A DNA stretch of 64,000 nucleotides, from assembly GCA_965219265.1 (NCBI GenBank), contig OZ244730.1, positions 2,833,834 to 2,897,833 of the forward strand, in the 5' to 3' direction. A program made the position numbers and the translations under genes. The notes below the pieces were generated by a model. That model did no database searches and was not told the DNA's origin. It saw only the letters and a list, made by a program, of their open reading frames with translations. Positions 38,059 to 47,415 of the stretch are shown piece by piece (position 1 is the first letter of the stretch; every line of letters starts with the position of its first letter). This DNA comes from Arenicellales bacterium. GTDB lineage: Bacteria > Pseudomonadota > Gammaproteobacteria > Arenicellales > JAJDZL01.

Positions 38059-38207
38059 CTGAGTTGGTCAACGTTTCTATGCTTATTCCATGCAGATTCG
38101 CGGCCTGTTTCCGTTTGAATCCGTAATTACCTATAATTCAAACACAAATTGAAACATATACTGAAGTTGCCGATTGCGCAATTTCAAATTCGACCCTGCA
38201 GACCGCC

Positions 38208-38807
38208 GTGAATCAGACCAACCGAACCGCCGAAGTTCATAGAAAAACGAAAGAAACTGATATTTCCGTTTCTTTGAATCTGGATGGGAGTGGCTCGTCC
38301 ACACTGGATGTTGGCGTTCCTTTCTTTGAGCACATGCTGGATCAGATTGCACGTCACGGAATGTTGGATTTGAACATAAAAGCTGTCGGCGACCTGCAAA
38401 TTGACGCACATCACACCGTCGAAGATGTAGGAATCACATTTGGGCAGGCAGTGAGCGAATCAATCGGCAACAAGTCCGGTATCGTTCGTTATGGACACGC
38501 TTATGTACCACTTGACGAGGCGCTGTCAAGAGTGGTGATTGATTTTTCCGGGCGTCCGTCGCTGGAGTATGATGTCAACTATACAAGGGCGCGAGTTGGC
38601 GACTTTGATATCGATCTTGTTCGCGAGTTTTTTCAGGCCTTTTGCAATCACGCGAAAGTTACATTGCACATCACCAATTTGAGTGGTAGAAACACGCATC
38701 ACATCGCCGAATCGATATTCAAGGCTTTTGGGCGGGCGTTTCGCATGGCCGCTTCCTTTGATGTGAAATCCGAAGGATCCATTCCTTCAACAAAGGGAAG
38801 CCTGTAA
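38208..38807 (+). CDS. hisB: Imidazoleglycerol-phosphate dehydratase HisB (monofunctional)
   Basis: [24 protein letters not shown] and [15 protein letters not shown] motifs. GTG start. Confidence 0.95.
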   Translation: MNQTNRTAEVHRKTKETDISVSLNLDGSGSSTLDVGVPFFEHMLDQIARHGMLDLNIKAVGDLQIDAHHTVEDVGITFGQAVSESIGNKSGIVRYGHAYVPLDEALSRVVIDFSGRPSLEYDVNYTRARVGDFDIDLVREFFQAFCNHAKVTLHITNLSGRNTHHIAESIFKAFGRAFRMAASFDVKSEGSIPSTKGSL

Positions 38808-38849
38808 ACCTCTATCTTCAGCGGCAAACGCTGTTGGAATTTCCCTGAA

Positions 38850-39491
38850 ATGTCTAAAATCTCGATTGCCGATTTCGGCACCGGAAATCTTCACTCTGTA
38901 ATTCACGCTATCGAAGCGGTTGCACACAACTCTCAAGTGGTGTCGACACGTCTTGCGTCGGAAATTCGAAACGCCGATCGACTGGTTTTACCGGGGCAAG
39001 GCGCAATCGGCACCTGGATGAAAGAACTACAGAATGATGAAGTACGTCAGGCAGTTGAAGATGCTTTGACAAATAAACCGGTGCTGGGAATCTGTCTTGG
39101 AATGCAAGCCCTGTACTCGCACAGTGAAGAAGATGGTGGTGTTGAAGGTCTCAGCACATTGTCTGGACGCGTCAAGCGGTTCGATAATAAACTGCAGGAC
39201 GCCGGTCGCCAGATCAAGATTCCTCACATGGGATGGAGCAAGGTTCACCAAACGAAGGAACATCCTCTATGGCAGGGAATTTCGCAAGATACAAGATTCT
39301 ATTTCGTTCATAGCTACCATGCGGATGCCGATGAACAATCGGAAGTCGCGGCCACAGCTTGCTATGGGCTGGATTTTGCTTGTGCAGCGGTCCGCGAAAA
39401 CCTGTTTGCGGTCCAGTTTCACCCAGAAAAAAGTCGCCAGCATGGGTTGCGGTTGCTGACTAATTTCATCGGTTGGAACGGGAACGACTGA
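38850..39491 (+). CDS. hisH: Imidazole glycerol phosphate synthase, glutamine amidotransferase subunit HisH
   Basis: Class I GATase: GICLGMQ nucleophile elbow and QFHPEKS. Confidence 0.95.
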   Translation: MSKISIADFGTGNLHSVIHAIEAVAHNSQVVSTRLASEIRNADRLVLPGQGAIGTWMKELQNDEVRQAVEDALTNKPVLGICLGMQALYSHSEEDGGVEGLSTLSGRVKRFDNKLQDAGRQIKIPHMGWSKVHQTKEHPLWQGISQDTRFYFVHSYHADADEQSEVAATACYGLDFACAAVRENLFAVQFHPEKSRQHGLRLLTNFIGWNGND

Positions 39492-39577
39492 ACACTGGCT
39501 TGTGGCTGCCCCAAATGCAGTCAATATTCGTCGGTCGTATAATTGAAACTACTTCCTGCCCCCAATAATTCATATTC

Positions 39578-40336
39578 ATGCTTTTAATTCCGGCAATAGA
39601 CATCAAGGACGGGCGATGTGTGCGCCTTGTCCAGGGAAGAATGCTCGATGCAACTGTTTACTCAGAAGATCCGGTCAGCCAGGCAGACCGTTGGGTTGAA
39701 GCAGGTGCAGAAAGGATACATATCGTGGATCTGAATGGAGCAGTGCAAGGCATCCCAGTGAATGCGGACATCATTGGAAAAATTGCCGGCCGGCATTCGA
39801 ACATTGAGGTTCAGGTAGGCGGCGGCATACGCAATCTCGAAACAGTTGCAAGATATTTTGATGCAGGCGTGACATTTGTGATTTTGGGCACGCAAGCTGT
39901 AAATGATCCCTCATTTATCGGTCAGATAAATGCACACTATCCCGCAAGTGTCATTGCAGGAATTGACGTACGGGGTGGGGTTGCGGCAACGGAAGGATGG
40001 TCAGGCAGCGGTCGAAGCGATATCGTCAGTCTTGCCAAAGAACTGGAACAATATGGTGCTTGCGCAATTGTGTACACCGATATAGAGCGAGATGGAATGC
40101 TGAGTGGCGTTAATGTTCGGGCGACAGCCTTTCTTGCATCGCAGATTTCGATTCCCGTCATTGCTTCCGGAGGTATTCGGGATATTGAGGACATTCACAA
40201 TCTGCTGGAATCAGGAAGCAAGGGCATTATGGGAGCTATCGCCGGCAAGTCACTGTATGAAGGCACCTTGGATTACGCTCAAGGACTTAATTTGATTTCC
40301 GACTTCAAGCAGCATGCAACACAGGTGAACAACTGA
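39578..40336 (+). CDS. hisA: ProFAR isomerase HisA
   Basis: [17 protein letters not shown] and GGGIRN, SGG motifs. Confidence 0.95.
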   Translation: MLLIPAIDIKDGRCVRLVQGRMLDATVYSEDPVSQADRWVEAGAERIHIVDLNGAVQGIPVNADIIGKIAGRHSNIEVQVGGGIRNLETVARYFDAGVTFVILGTQAVNDPSFIGQINAHYPASVIAGIDVRGGVAATEGWSGSGRSDIVSLAKELEQYGACAIVYTDIERDGMLSGVNVRATAFLASQISIPVIASGGIRDIEDIHNLLESGSKGIMGAIAGKSLYEGTLDYAQGLNLISDFKQHATQVNN

Positions 40337-40337
40337 A

Positions 40338-41138
40338 ATGCCGTTAGCCAAACGAATCATTCCCTGCCTGGATGTTGATGAAGGAAGAGTGGTTAAGGGC
40401 GTTCGATTTGTCGATATTCGAGACGCGGGAGATCCGGTTGAAGTCGCGAGAATATACGACCAGCAAGGTGCTGATGAATTGACATTTCTGGATATAACGG
40501 CAAGTTCAAGCGGCCGGGATACCATTTTGCACATAGTCGAAGCCGTTGCCAAACAGGTGTTCATACCGCTGACAGTTGGGGGCGGCGTACGCAGTGTAGA
40601 AAATATACGTAGTCTTCTCAATGTTGGAGCGGACAAGATATCAATCAACACATCCGCGGTGGAACGCCCCGAATTTATTTCTGAAGCAGCAGGTCGTTTT
40701 GGTTCGCAGTGCATTGTCGTGGCAATTGACGCACGTAGGATTCCAGATGCTGACCCGGCAGCCTGGGAAGTGTATACTCATGGCGGCCGAACGCCGCGCG
40801 GACTCGATGCGGTGGAGTGGGCATGCCGTATGTGCGATTCAGGCGCAGGTGAAATATTACTTACCAGCATGGACCGGGATGGCACCAAAATTGGATTCGA
40901 TCTGGAACTTACACGAACGATTTCGCAGGCGGTGCCAGTTCCAGTGATCGCTTCCGGTGGAGTTGGCGAACTGTCACATCTCGCCGACGGCATCAAGTAT
41001 GGATATGCGGATGCGGTGCTTGCAGCAAGCATTTTCCACTTCGGTGAGTATACAATCGCACAGGCGAAGGATCACATGCGTAGCCGCGGAATTGAAGTTT
41101 GCGAAATAAATCAGGAGCAGTTGGTTCATGTCGAATGA
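40338..41138 (+). CDS. hisF: Imidazole glycerol phosphate synthase cyclase subunit HisF
   Basis: [31 protein letters not shown]. Confidence 0.96.
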   Translation: MPLAKRIIPCLDVDEGRVVKGVRFVDIRDAGDPVEVARIYDQQGADELTFLDITASSSGRDTILHIVEAVAKQVFIPLTVGGGVRSVENIRSLLNVGADKISINTSAVERPEFISEAAGRFGSQCIVVAIDARRIPDADPAAWEVYTHGGRTPRGLDAVEWACRMCDSGAGEILLTSMDRDGTKIGFDLELTRTISQAVPVPVIASGGVGELSHLADGIKYGYADAVLAASIFHFGEYTIAQAKDHMRSRGIEVCEINQEQLVHVE

Positions 41139-41517
41139 TTGGTGTGATGAATTGACCTGGTCGGAGGAAGGACTGCTTCCAGCGATAGCGCAGGATGTCG
41201 AGAGCGGGAAAGTGCTAATGGTCGCCTGGATGACGCCTGAAGCACTGAAAACTACGGTTGCGGAAGGCAGGGCTGTATACTGGTCGAGATCTCGACAAAA
41301 ACTCTGGCGCAAGGGCGAGGAATCGGGACACATGCAGATTGTTCGGGAGATTCGTGTCGATTGCGATTCGGATACGATCCTGCTTCAGGTGGAACAGCAA
41401 GGTGGAATTGCCTGCCATACAGGGCGGCAAACTTGTTTTTTTCGCAGACTGGAGGGCGAGGTCTGGGTGAATGTTGATCCAGTTCTAAAATCTCCGGAAG
41501 AGATTTACACAAAGTAG
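41128..41517 (+). CDS. hisI: Phosphoribosyl-AMP cyclohydrolase HisI
   Basis: 129 aa with [20 protein letters not shown] and [10 protein letters not shown]. 11-nt overlap with hisF. Confidence 0.93.
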   Translation: MSNDWCDELTWSEEGLLPAIAQDVESGKVLMVAWMTPEALKTTVAEGRAVYWSRSRQKLWRKGEESGHMQIVREIRVDCDSDTILLQVEQQGGIACHTGRQTCFFRRLEGEVWVNVDPVLKSPEEIYTK

Positions 41518-41530
41518 GAATCGCAGGATA

Positions 41531-41848
41531 ATGCAGACAGATGTTCTAACGGCTCTATCAAAAGTAATCGAGTCGAGAAAAAAAGCGGATGCGAATCAGT
41601 CGTATGTCGCTTCGCTGCATGCGAAGGGGCTGGATGCCATCGCAGGAAAGGTGATTGAAGAAGCGGATGAAACGGTCGAAGCTGCAATAAGCGGCGATGC
41701 AGACCAAGTGGTTTATGAAACGGCGGATTTATGGTTCCACAGCCTGGTTCTGCTTTCACATTTCAACTTAACGCATGAAGAAGTTTTGAATGAGCTGGAT
41801 AGACGATTTGGTGTATCCGGGCTGGAAGAGAAGAATTTACGTAGATAA
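41531..41848 (+). CDS. hisE: Phosphoribosyl-ATP pyrophosphatase HisE
   Basis: 105 aa with [24 protein letters not shown]...[13 protein letters not shown]. Confidence 0.92.
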   Translation: MQTDVLTALSKVIESRKKADANQSYVASLHAKGLDAIAGKVIEEADETVEAAISGDADQVVYETADLWFHSLVLLSHFNLTHEEVLNELDRRFGVSGLEEKNLRR

Positions 41849-41925
41849 TGATTGATGGGTAATTGTGAGTGACAATTACGTAAAAATTTTATTTCTAAGG
41901 TTTTAACTACTAACTGGGAGGAAGA

Positions 41926-42189
41926 ATGTTTGGTCCAGGAGGAATAAGTATCTGGCAGTTGCTGATCATACTCGTTATTGTGGTGCTTTTATTCGGCACA
42001 AAAAAACTGCGGGGAATGGGCGGCGATCTTGGTACGGCAATCAAGAGTTTTAAAAAATCCGTAAAAGAAGAAGGTACCGAAGAAGGAAAAGAAGAAGAAG
42101 AAAGTACTGACGACAAAGAGGCTTTGGCAGGCACTAGCGAGACTTCAGTACAGGATGCTACTGCAGAGGTAGAGAAAGAAAAAGCCTAG
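41926..42189 (+). CDS. tatA: Twin-arginine translocase subunit TatA
   Basis: [29 protein letters not shown]. Confidence 0.93.
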   Translation: MFGPGGISIWQLLIILVIVVLLFGTKKLRGMGGDLGTAIKSFKKSVKEEGTEEGKEEEESTDDKEALAGTSETSVQDATAEVEKEKA

Positions 42190-42222
42190 TTCTGGTACAC
42201 CAGATCATAACGGAGATCCATC

Positions 42223-42633
42223 GTGTTTGATGTTGGATTTTGGGAAATTGCAATCATAGCGTTGATTGCCTTGATTATTCTCGGCCCGGAACGTCTGCCG
42301 CGAGCAGCTCGAACGATTGGTTTGTGGGTCGGCAAAGCACGCCGAACCCTATCAGAGGTGAAGCGGGATATCGACCGAGAACTTGATGCAAGCGAGCTCA
42401 AGAACATCAAAAATATCAAAGATGATTTCAAAGACACGAAAAATATATTTGAGGACGCAGCATCCACATTGAACGAAACAGCATCCACATTAAACGAAAC
42501 AGCATCCACATTAAACGAAAAAGTGCTTGACGAATATGAAACGGTCGCCGTTAAACCTGAAATCAACAAATCTGAGCCAGTAGTAAAAGAGCAAGAGGAA
42601 CCTACTGTGAGTGAAACCAAAACAGCTACATAA
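42223..42633 (+). CDS. tatB: Twin-arginine translocase subunit TatB
   Basis: MFDVGFWEIAIIALIALIILGPERLP. Contains an internal 3 x 7-aa repeat. Confidence 0.9.
   Translation: MFDVGFWEIAIIALIALIILGPERLPRAARTIGLWVGKARRTLSEVKRDIDRELDASELKNIKNIKDDFKDTKNIFEDAASTLNETASTLNETASTLNEKVLDEYETVAVKPEINKSEPVVKEQEEPTVSETKTAT
42460..42522 (+). repeat. 3 x 21-bp in-frame tandem repeat inside tatB (ASTLNET)x3
   Basis: gcatccacattgaacgaaaca / gcatccacattaaacgaaaca / gcatccacattaaacgaaaaa. Confidence 0.9.
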
Positions 42634-42636
42634 TTG

Positions 42637-43425
42637 ATGGCGAAACTCGACCAAAACTCCCCTTTCATCGGCACAACTTTCATATCGCATTTAGTCGAGC
42701 TTCGTCAGCGCTTGATGCGCGGGGTGATTGCAATACTGGTAGTGTTTGTTGCGTGCGCTCCATTTGCCAACACGCTGTATGAGTATCTGGCAGCACCTCT
42801 GATGTCGGTATTGCCTGAGGGCAATACCATGATTTCGACTGAACCGCACGGCCCGTTTTTTGTGCCGTTCAAATTTGCCTTTGCCTTTGCAGTCGCAGTG
42901 GCAATGCCATATCTGCTCTATCAGCTTTGGGCGTTTGTTGCACCGGGGCTATATAAACGTGAAAAGAGAGCAGTCGTTCCTTTGATTGTGTCCAGTAGCG
43001 TTCTATTCTATCTGGGCATTCTTTTTGCCTACTTCATTGTCTTCCCGCTTGTCTTTGCTTTTTTTACCAGCACCGCTCCCGAAGGCGTTGCGGTGATGAC
43101 CGACATCAATTCCTATCTCAGCTTTGTATTGAAGCTGTTTTTCGCTTTTGGTATTGCATTTGAGGTTCCGATTGCGACTGTACTGCTGGTTAAGGTAGGG
43201 GTGACTACACCGGAAAGTCTATCTGCAAAACGACCTTACATTATTGTCTCGGCCTTTGTCGTCGGCATGTTTCTGACGCCGCCAGACGTTATCTCGCAGA
43301 CGATGCTTGCCATTCCGGTTTGGGTGCTGTTTGAAATCGGATTGTATTTTTCCAAACTGACGCGCCCCAAGAAATTCGACGAGGAGGACGAAGAAGACGA
43401 AGTTGAACTAGATCCAACCGGATAA
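42637..43425 (+). CDS. tatC: Twin-arginine translocase subunit TatC
   Basis: 6-TM protein with HLVELRQRL N-terminus and TPPDVISQ motif. TTG 42634 is an alternative start. Confidence 0.93.
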   Translation: MAKLDQNSPFIGTTFISHLVELRQRLMRGVIAILVVFVACAPFANTLYEYLAAPLMSVLPEGNTMISTEPHGPFFVPFKFAFAFAVAVAMPYLLYQLWAFVAPGLYKREKRAVVPLIVSSSVLFYLGILFAYFIVFPLVFAFFTSTAPEGVAVMTDINSYLSFVLKLFFAFGIAFEVPIATVLLVKVGVTTPESLSAKRPYIIVSAFVVGMFLTPPDVISQTMLAIPVWVLFEIGLYFSKLTRPKKFDEEDEEDEVELDPTG

Positions 43426-43582
43426 ATTCAAACAAACCAAGAGCTGAAACAGACGCCCCAGGACAAAAATACAACTGATTCCTGCTCACATCACGCGAAA
43501 GTTCAGTTCCACCAATTCTTAATCCAATTTTACCGACTAATTTCCAACTGTTCCACAACCCCAGGGCAGCATCAGTTAAAGT

Positions 43583-44665
43583 ATGAATACGCGCAAGACC
43601 AGTTCCACTGAAACACCACCAACCGTAGAAATTTCTCATGTCTGGAAGATTTTCGGTGCGCAGGCAACGGCCGCTATGCGGGCAATTCAGCTCGAAAACA
43701 TCTCAAAAAATGAAGTTCTCACTCGATTTAATTGTGTCGTAGGCGTTCAGGACGCAACCTTTTCAGTTGGCGAAGGAGAAGTGTTTTGCATTATGGGGCT
43801 ATCGGGTAGCGGAAAGTCTACTTTAGTGCGCCACATCAATCGGCTTCTTGAGCCCACTGCCGGAAAGATCATCATTCAAGGAGAGGATGTGATGAGAAAA
43901 GATGCAAAGCAGTTACGACTGATGCGAGCTGAGAAAATCGGTATGGTGTTCCAGAATATTGCGCTGCTGCCGCATCGCACAATCATTGACAATGTCGCAT
44001 TACCGTTAGACGTAAAGGGTATGAGTCGACGACAGCGTAGAGAGATTGCAGGGAGAGTATTGTCCATGGTTGAGTTGTCCGGTTGGGACCATTACTATGC
44101 ACATGAACTATCCGGTGGCATGCAGCAGCGAGTCGGTCTTGCCCGGGCAATGGCGGCCGATCCGGATATTTTGTTGATGGACGAGCCGTTTAGCGCACTG
44201 GATCCGCTCATTCGCCGTCAACTGCAGGATGAGTTTATCAAATTGTCAAATTTGACCAACAAGACGACCGTATTCATTACACATGATCTTGATGAAGCTA
44301 TTCGAATCGGTCATCGAATTGCAATCATGAAAGATGGCGTTCTAGTTCAGATTGGAACAGCCGAAGAAATTGTCTCGAATCCAGCTGACGAATATGTCGC
44401 AGATTTTGTAGCGGGAATTTCACGCTTGAAACTGATCAGTGCGCACCGAATCATGACTCCATTGTCGGAATATCGCAATGAGGGAGAAAATCTAGACACA
44501 GCACCCAGAGTAAGTGAAAATTCGGATCTTGATCACTTGATCGACGTATCGTTAAAAAATCCGGGACCGATGGTTATTACGAACAACGACGGTGCAGATG
44601 TAGGAGTGGTAGACCGTGAGCATCTGCTACGTGGAATTCAGGGGAGAAAGGAGGGAGTAGAATGA
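43583..44665 (+). CDS. proV: Glycine betaine/proline-type ABC transporter ATP-binding protein (ProV/OpuAA-like)
   Basis: Walker A GLSGSGKST, signature LSGGMQQRVGLARA, Walker B LLMDEPFSALD, and a C-terminal regulatory extension. Confidence 0.85.
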   Translation: MNTRKTSSTETPPTVEISHVWKIFGAQATAAMRAIQLENISKNEVLTRFNCVVGVQDATFSVGEGEVFCIMGLSGSGKSTLVRHINRLLEPTAGKIIIQGEDVMRKDAKQLRLMRAEKIGMVFQNIALLPHRTIIDNVALPLDVKGMSRRQRREIAGRVLSMVELSGWDHYYAHELSGGMQQRVGLARAMAADPDILLMDEPFSALDPLIRRQLQDEFIKLSNLTNKTTVFITHDLDEAIRIGHRIAIMKDGVLVQIGTAEEIVSNPADEYVADFVAGISRLKLISAHRIMTPLSEYRNEGENLDTAPRVSENSDLDHLIDVSLKNPGPMVITNNDGADVGVVDREHLLRGIQGRKEGVE

Positions 44666-46194
44666 GTATTTCTGAACAGCCGGAGCCGGAAATTCACGAT
44701 TCTCGTGATCAGGCAATCGCAGAATTTGTTGAATATGGTGCGGAATATTACAAGAAACAATTTGACAGACTGGATGATTCGTCGGGCTTTGTGCTGTCTT
44801 TCAATGCTGCAGCTGCACTATTGGGTTCGATTTGGTGGTGTGCCAGACATTTGTGGTCTTATTTCTGGATTTTTCTGACGCTGGAAACAATTGCACTGGT
44901 ACAAGTCTGCCGTGGACTGTTTGCAAATCTCGGTATCGAAGAATTTGCCCGTGCCGAGCGTCTGTCAAAAATGGCAAAGTTGCGACATCAGGAAGCCGTC
45001 GAAGCGGTTTCCAATGAAGCGGGCAACGCCAGCACACTAGCGGAGTCAGCATCTGCACTGGAAAACGCAAGTGCGAGTGCACTGCAACAAGCCGAGCAGA
45101 TTGCAGCCCAAGGTCCGTATCTGGTTGCTTTAGGCATCTGCATGATTGTCGCATTGAAATTGACGCAAGGTTTGTATGCCAACAAAGCACTGAAGTCAAG
45201 ATTTCAGCAATGGCGCGCCGAACCGAGTATTCCCAGGGGTGTGTTTTTGGTTCAGGTAAGCCTGATGAGTGCGTTTTCTGTTCTTGCGATGAGCATTACT
45301 GTCTATCGATTCACATCCAGTCGGGTGCCCGAGTGGTTGACGTCCGTACCTGTAGATTCCCAATGGCGCCGTAATGCTGAAACTTTGGTAGACAACTGTT
45401 TTCAGTGGCTGACTGAATCGTTTGCTGAATTGTTCAGCGGAATTACTCGCACCATACGACTACTGTTGGATTTTCTGGAGATTATGATGATTGGCACGCC
45501 GTGGCCAATCATCATGATCGCCATTACTTTACTCGCGCTCAAGGTTGCTGGACCGCGTGTTGCAATATTTACGGCAGCAGCTCTTGCTTACTTGGGCATA
45601 CTAGGATTTTGGGAGAAGAGCATGCTGACCATTGCGTTGCTAGGGTCAGCTAGCCTAATTTGTCTGATTATCGGCATTCCGCTTGGGATTCTTTGTGCGC
45701 GCAAGGAAAAACTACGCTCAATGGTGTGGCCAGTGCTGGACTTGATGCAAACCATGCCATCTTTTGTTTATTTGATTCCGGTCATCGCATTTTTCGGCAT
45801 CGGCAAGCCGCCCGGAATCATTGCAACAATCGTTTTTGGAATGCCTCCGGTGATTCGCCTCACAGTACTTGGACTGAAAGGAGTGCCAAATTCTGTGCGG
45901 GAGGCGGCGGAAGCTTTTGGTGCATCGAAATCCTATCTGCTTTTTCGCGTTGATCTGCCTCTGGCCAAGCCATCCATCATGACTGGCGTGAATCAGACAA
46001 TTCTGATGTGCTTGTCAATGGTAGTCATCGCGTCTTTGATTGGAGCCAAAGGACTCGGAGAAGATGTTCTGGATGCATTGAGCTACGCAAATGAAGGTAA
46101 AGGATTACTTGCAGGCATGGCGATCTTGTTTTGTGCTATGATTCTTGATCGAATCGTTCAAGGTAAACAGATTATTGTTAATAGTAAACAATGA
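44662..46194 (+). CDS. proW: Glycine betaine/proline-type ABC permease (ProW-like) with a long N-terminal extension
   Basis: The C-terminal ~230 aa form a BPD-type permease core (EAAEAFGASK loop). The N-terminal ~270 aa contain extra TM segments and an Ala/Glu-rich helix. Confidence 0.8.
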   Translation: MSISEQPEPEIHDSRDQAIAEFVEYGAEYYKKQFDRLDDSSGFVLSFNAAAALLGSIWWCARHLWSYFWIFLTLETIALVQVCRGLFANLGIEEFARAERLSKMAKLRHQEAVEAVSNEAGNASTLAESASALENASASALQQAEQIAAQGPYLVALGICMIVALKLTQGLYANKALKSRFQQWRAEPSIPRGVFLVQVSLMSAFSVLAMSITVYRFTSSRVPEWLTSVPVDSQWRRNAETLVDNCFQWLTESFAELFSGITRTIRLLLDFLEIMMIGTPWPIIMIAITLLALKVAGPRVAIFTAAALAYLGILGFWEKSMLTIALLGSASLICLIIGIPLGILCARKEKLRSMVWPVLDLMQTMPSFVYLIPVIAFFGIGKPPGIIATIVFGMPPVIRLTVLGLKGVPNSVREAAEAFGASKSYLLFRVDLPLAKPSIMTGVNQTILMCLSMVVIASLIGAKGLGEDVLDALSYANEGKGLLAGMAILFCAMILDRIVQGKQIIVNSKQ

Positions 46195-46232
46195 TTTTTT
46201 GTTTGTTGAGTATTAAGAAATAGGAGAATTAA

Positions 46233-47198
46233 GTGAAAATTGTAAAAAAATGCGTTATCGCAGCAGTAATAAGCATTTTTAGCTTCTGCACTGCTAGCGC
46301 TGCCGAAACAGTAGTCATTGGGCAGCCAAACTGGGGATATGCAAAAGTTATGACTAATGTGATCAAAATTGTTGCCGAAGATAATTATGGTATACAAGTA
46401 GAGATGGTACCTGGCAATCATGCCGTGTTTTTTAAGGGAATGGATCAGGGTAAGGGCGAAGTTGACATGCATCCAGATTTGTGGCTGCCCAACAACCAGG
46501 GTCTGGTTGACAAGTATGTTAACGAAAGAGGCACAGTGGCATTGACCGATCAGACCTTCTCGGCGATAGATGCTTTCTGCACTACGGCATATGCAAAGAA
46601 CAAATACGGACTGAAGTCAGTTTACGATCTGACCCGACCGGAAATTGCCGCGCTCACGGATCGAGATGGCGACGGCAGAGGAGAAATCTGGATGGGAGCG
46701 CCGAGCTGGAAGTCCACAAAGATCCATCAAATCAGAGCTCGTGATTATGGTTTTGCTGACCTGTATGATCTAACCGTTAGCGAAGAATCCGTTATTCTGG
46801 CACAGATAGATGCAGATGCTAAAGCCGACCGCGTAGTGGTTTGGGCATGTTATCTCCCGCATCATATTTTCGGCATGCATGAGCTGGTAATTCTGGAAGA
46901 GCCAGAGCATGACCCTGAAAAGTGGAAAGTAGCGGATTTGGCTGATGATGCGAATTGGTTGGAAAATTCCCACGTTTCAACATCTTTTCCGCCGATTAGT
47001 TCGCAAATTGCATACTCTCGCAGATTGGAGACAGACGCACCAGAAATGGTGAAGTTGCTGAACGGCATCAAGTTTTCAGAACAACTGATTAACGATTGGT
47101 CGTTTGCAATTGGCGTAGATGAGCGTGACCCAGTTGAATATTCTCGCGAATGGGTGGATGCGAACAAGGAAATGGTTCAATCCTGGATGAACAACTGA
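46233..47198 (+). CDS. proX: Glycine betaine-type ABC substrate-binding protein (ProX/OpuAC-like)
   Basis: Signal peptide, 321 aa, W/Y-rich, directly after the ProW-like permease. GTG start. Confidence 0.7.
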   Translation: MKIVKKCVIAAVISIFSFCTASAAETVVIGQPNWGYAKVMTNVIKIVAEDNYGIQVEMVPGNHAVFFKGMDQGKGEVDMHPDLWLPNNQGLVDKYVNERGTVALTDQTFSAIDAFCTTAYAKNKYGLKSVYDLTRPEIAALTDRDGDGRGEIWMGAPSWKSTKIHQIRARDYGFADLYDLTVSEESVILAQIDADAKADRVVVWACYLPHHIFGMHELVILEEPEHDPEKWKVADLADDANWLENSHVSTSFPPISSQIAYSRRLETDAPEMVKLLNGIKFSEQLINDWSFAIGVDERDPVEYSREWVDANKEMVQSWMNN

Positions 47199-47222
47199 GG
47201 CACTTCGTCTGATAGAAATAAA

Positions 47223-47254
47223 AGCAGCGCTGGATCTATTCAGTGCTGCTTTTT
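47223..47254 (+). terminator. Rho-independent terminator after the proX-like gene
   Basis: agcagcgctg-gatctatt-cagtgctgct (10-bp stem, one G-U) followed by ttttt. Confidence 0.7.
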
Positions 47255-47415
47255 CACAATCAATATTTTCAATTGGCAGATTTACAAGATTGAAATTCTG
47301 ATCGCACCTTTCTTGCAGAACAGTGCAGTTGTCTACCCACAGTAAGTCGTCGTATTCCGATTGATTGTGACACCGACATTCCAGCAACAGAACAGGAAAA
47401 TTTCGGGTACGCTCT

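Noticed and set aside
38059-38207. Attachment-site or direct-repeat scar at the hisB-proximal island border
   Set aside because: By eye I could not find any repeat of the 21518-21546 junction sequence here. Only a lone TATAAT (38132-38137) stands out, and it is reported under the island finding as a weak promoter candidate.
42186-42683. 165-aa minus-strand ORF opposite tatB
   Set aside because: It is antisense to tatB. Its repeat (VDAVSFN x3) merely mirrors the tatB 21-bp repeat.
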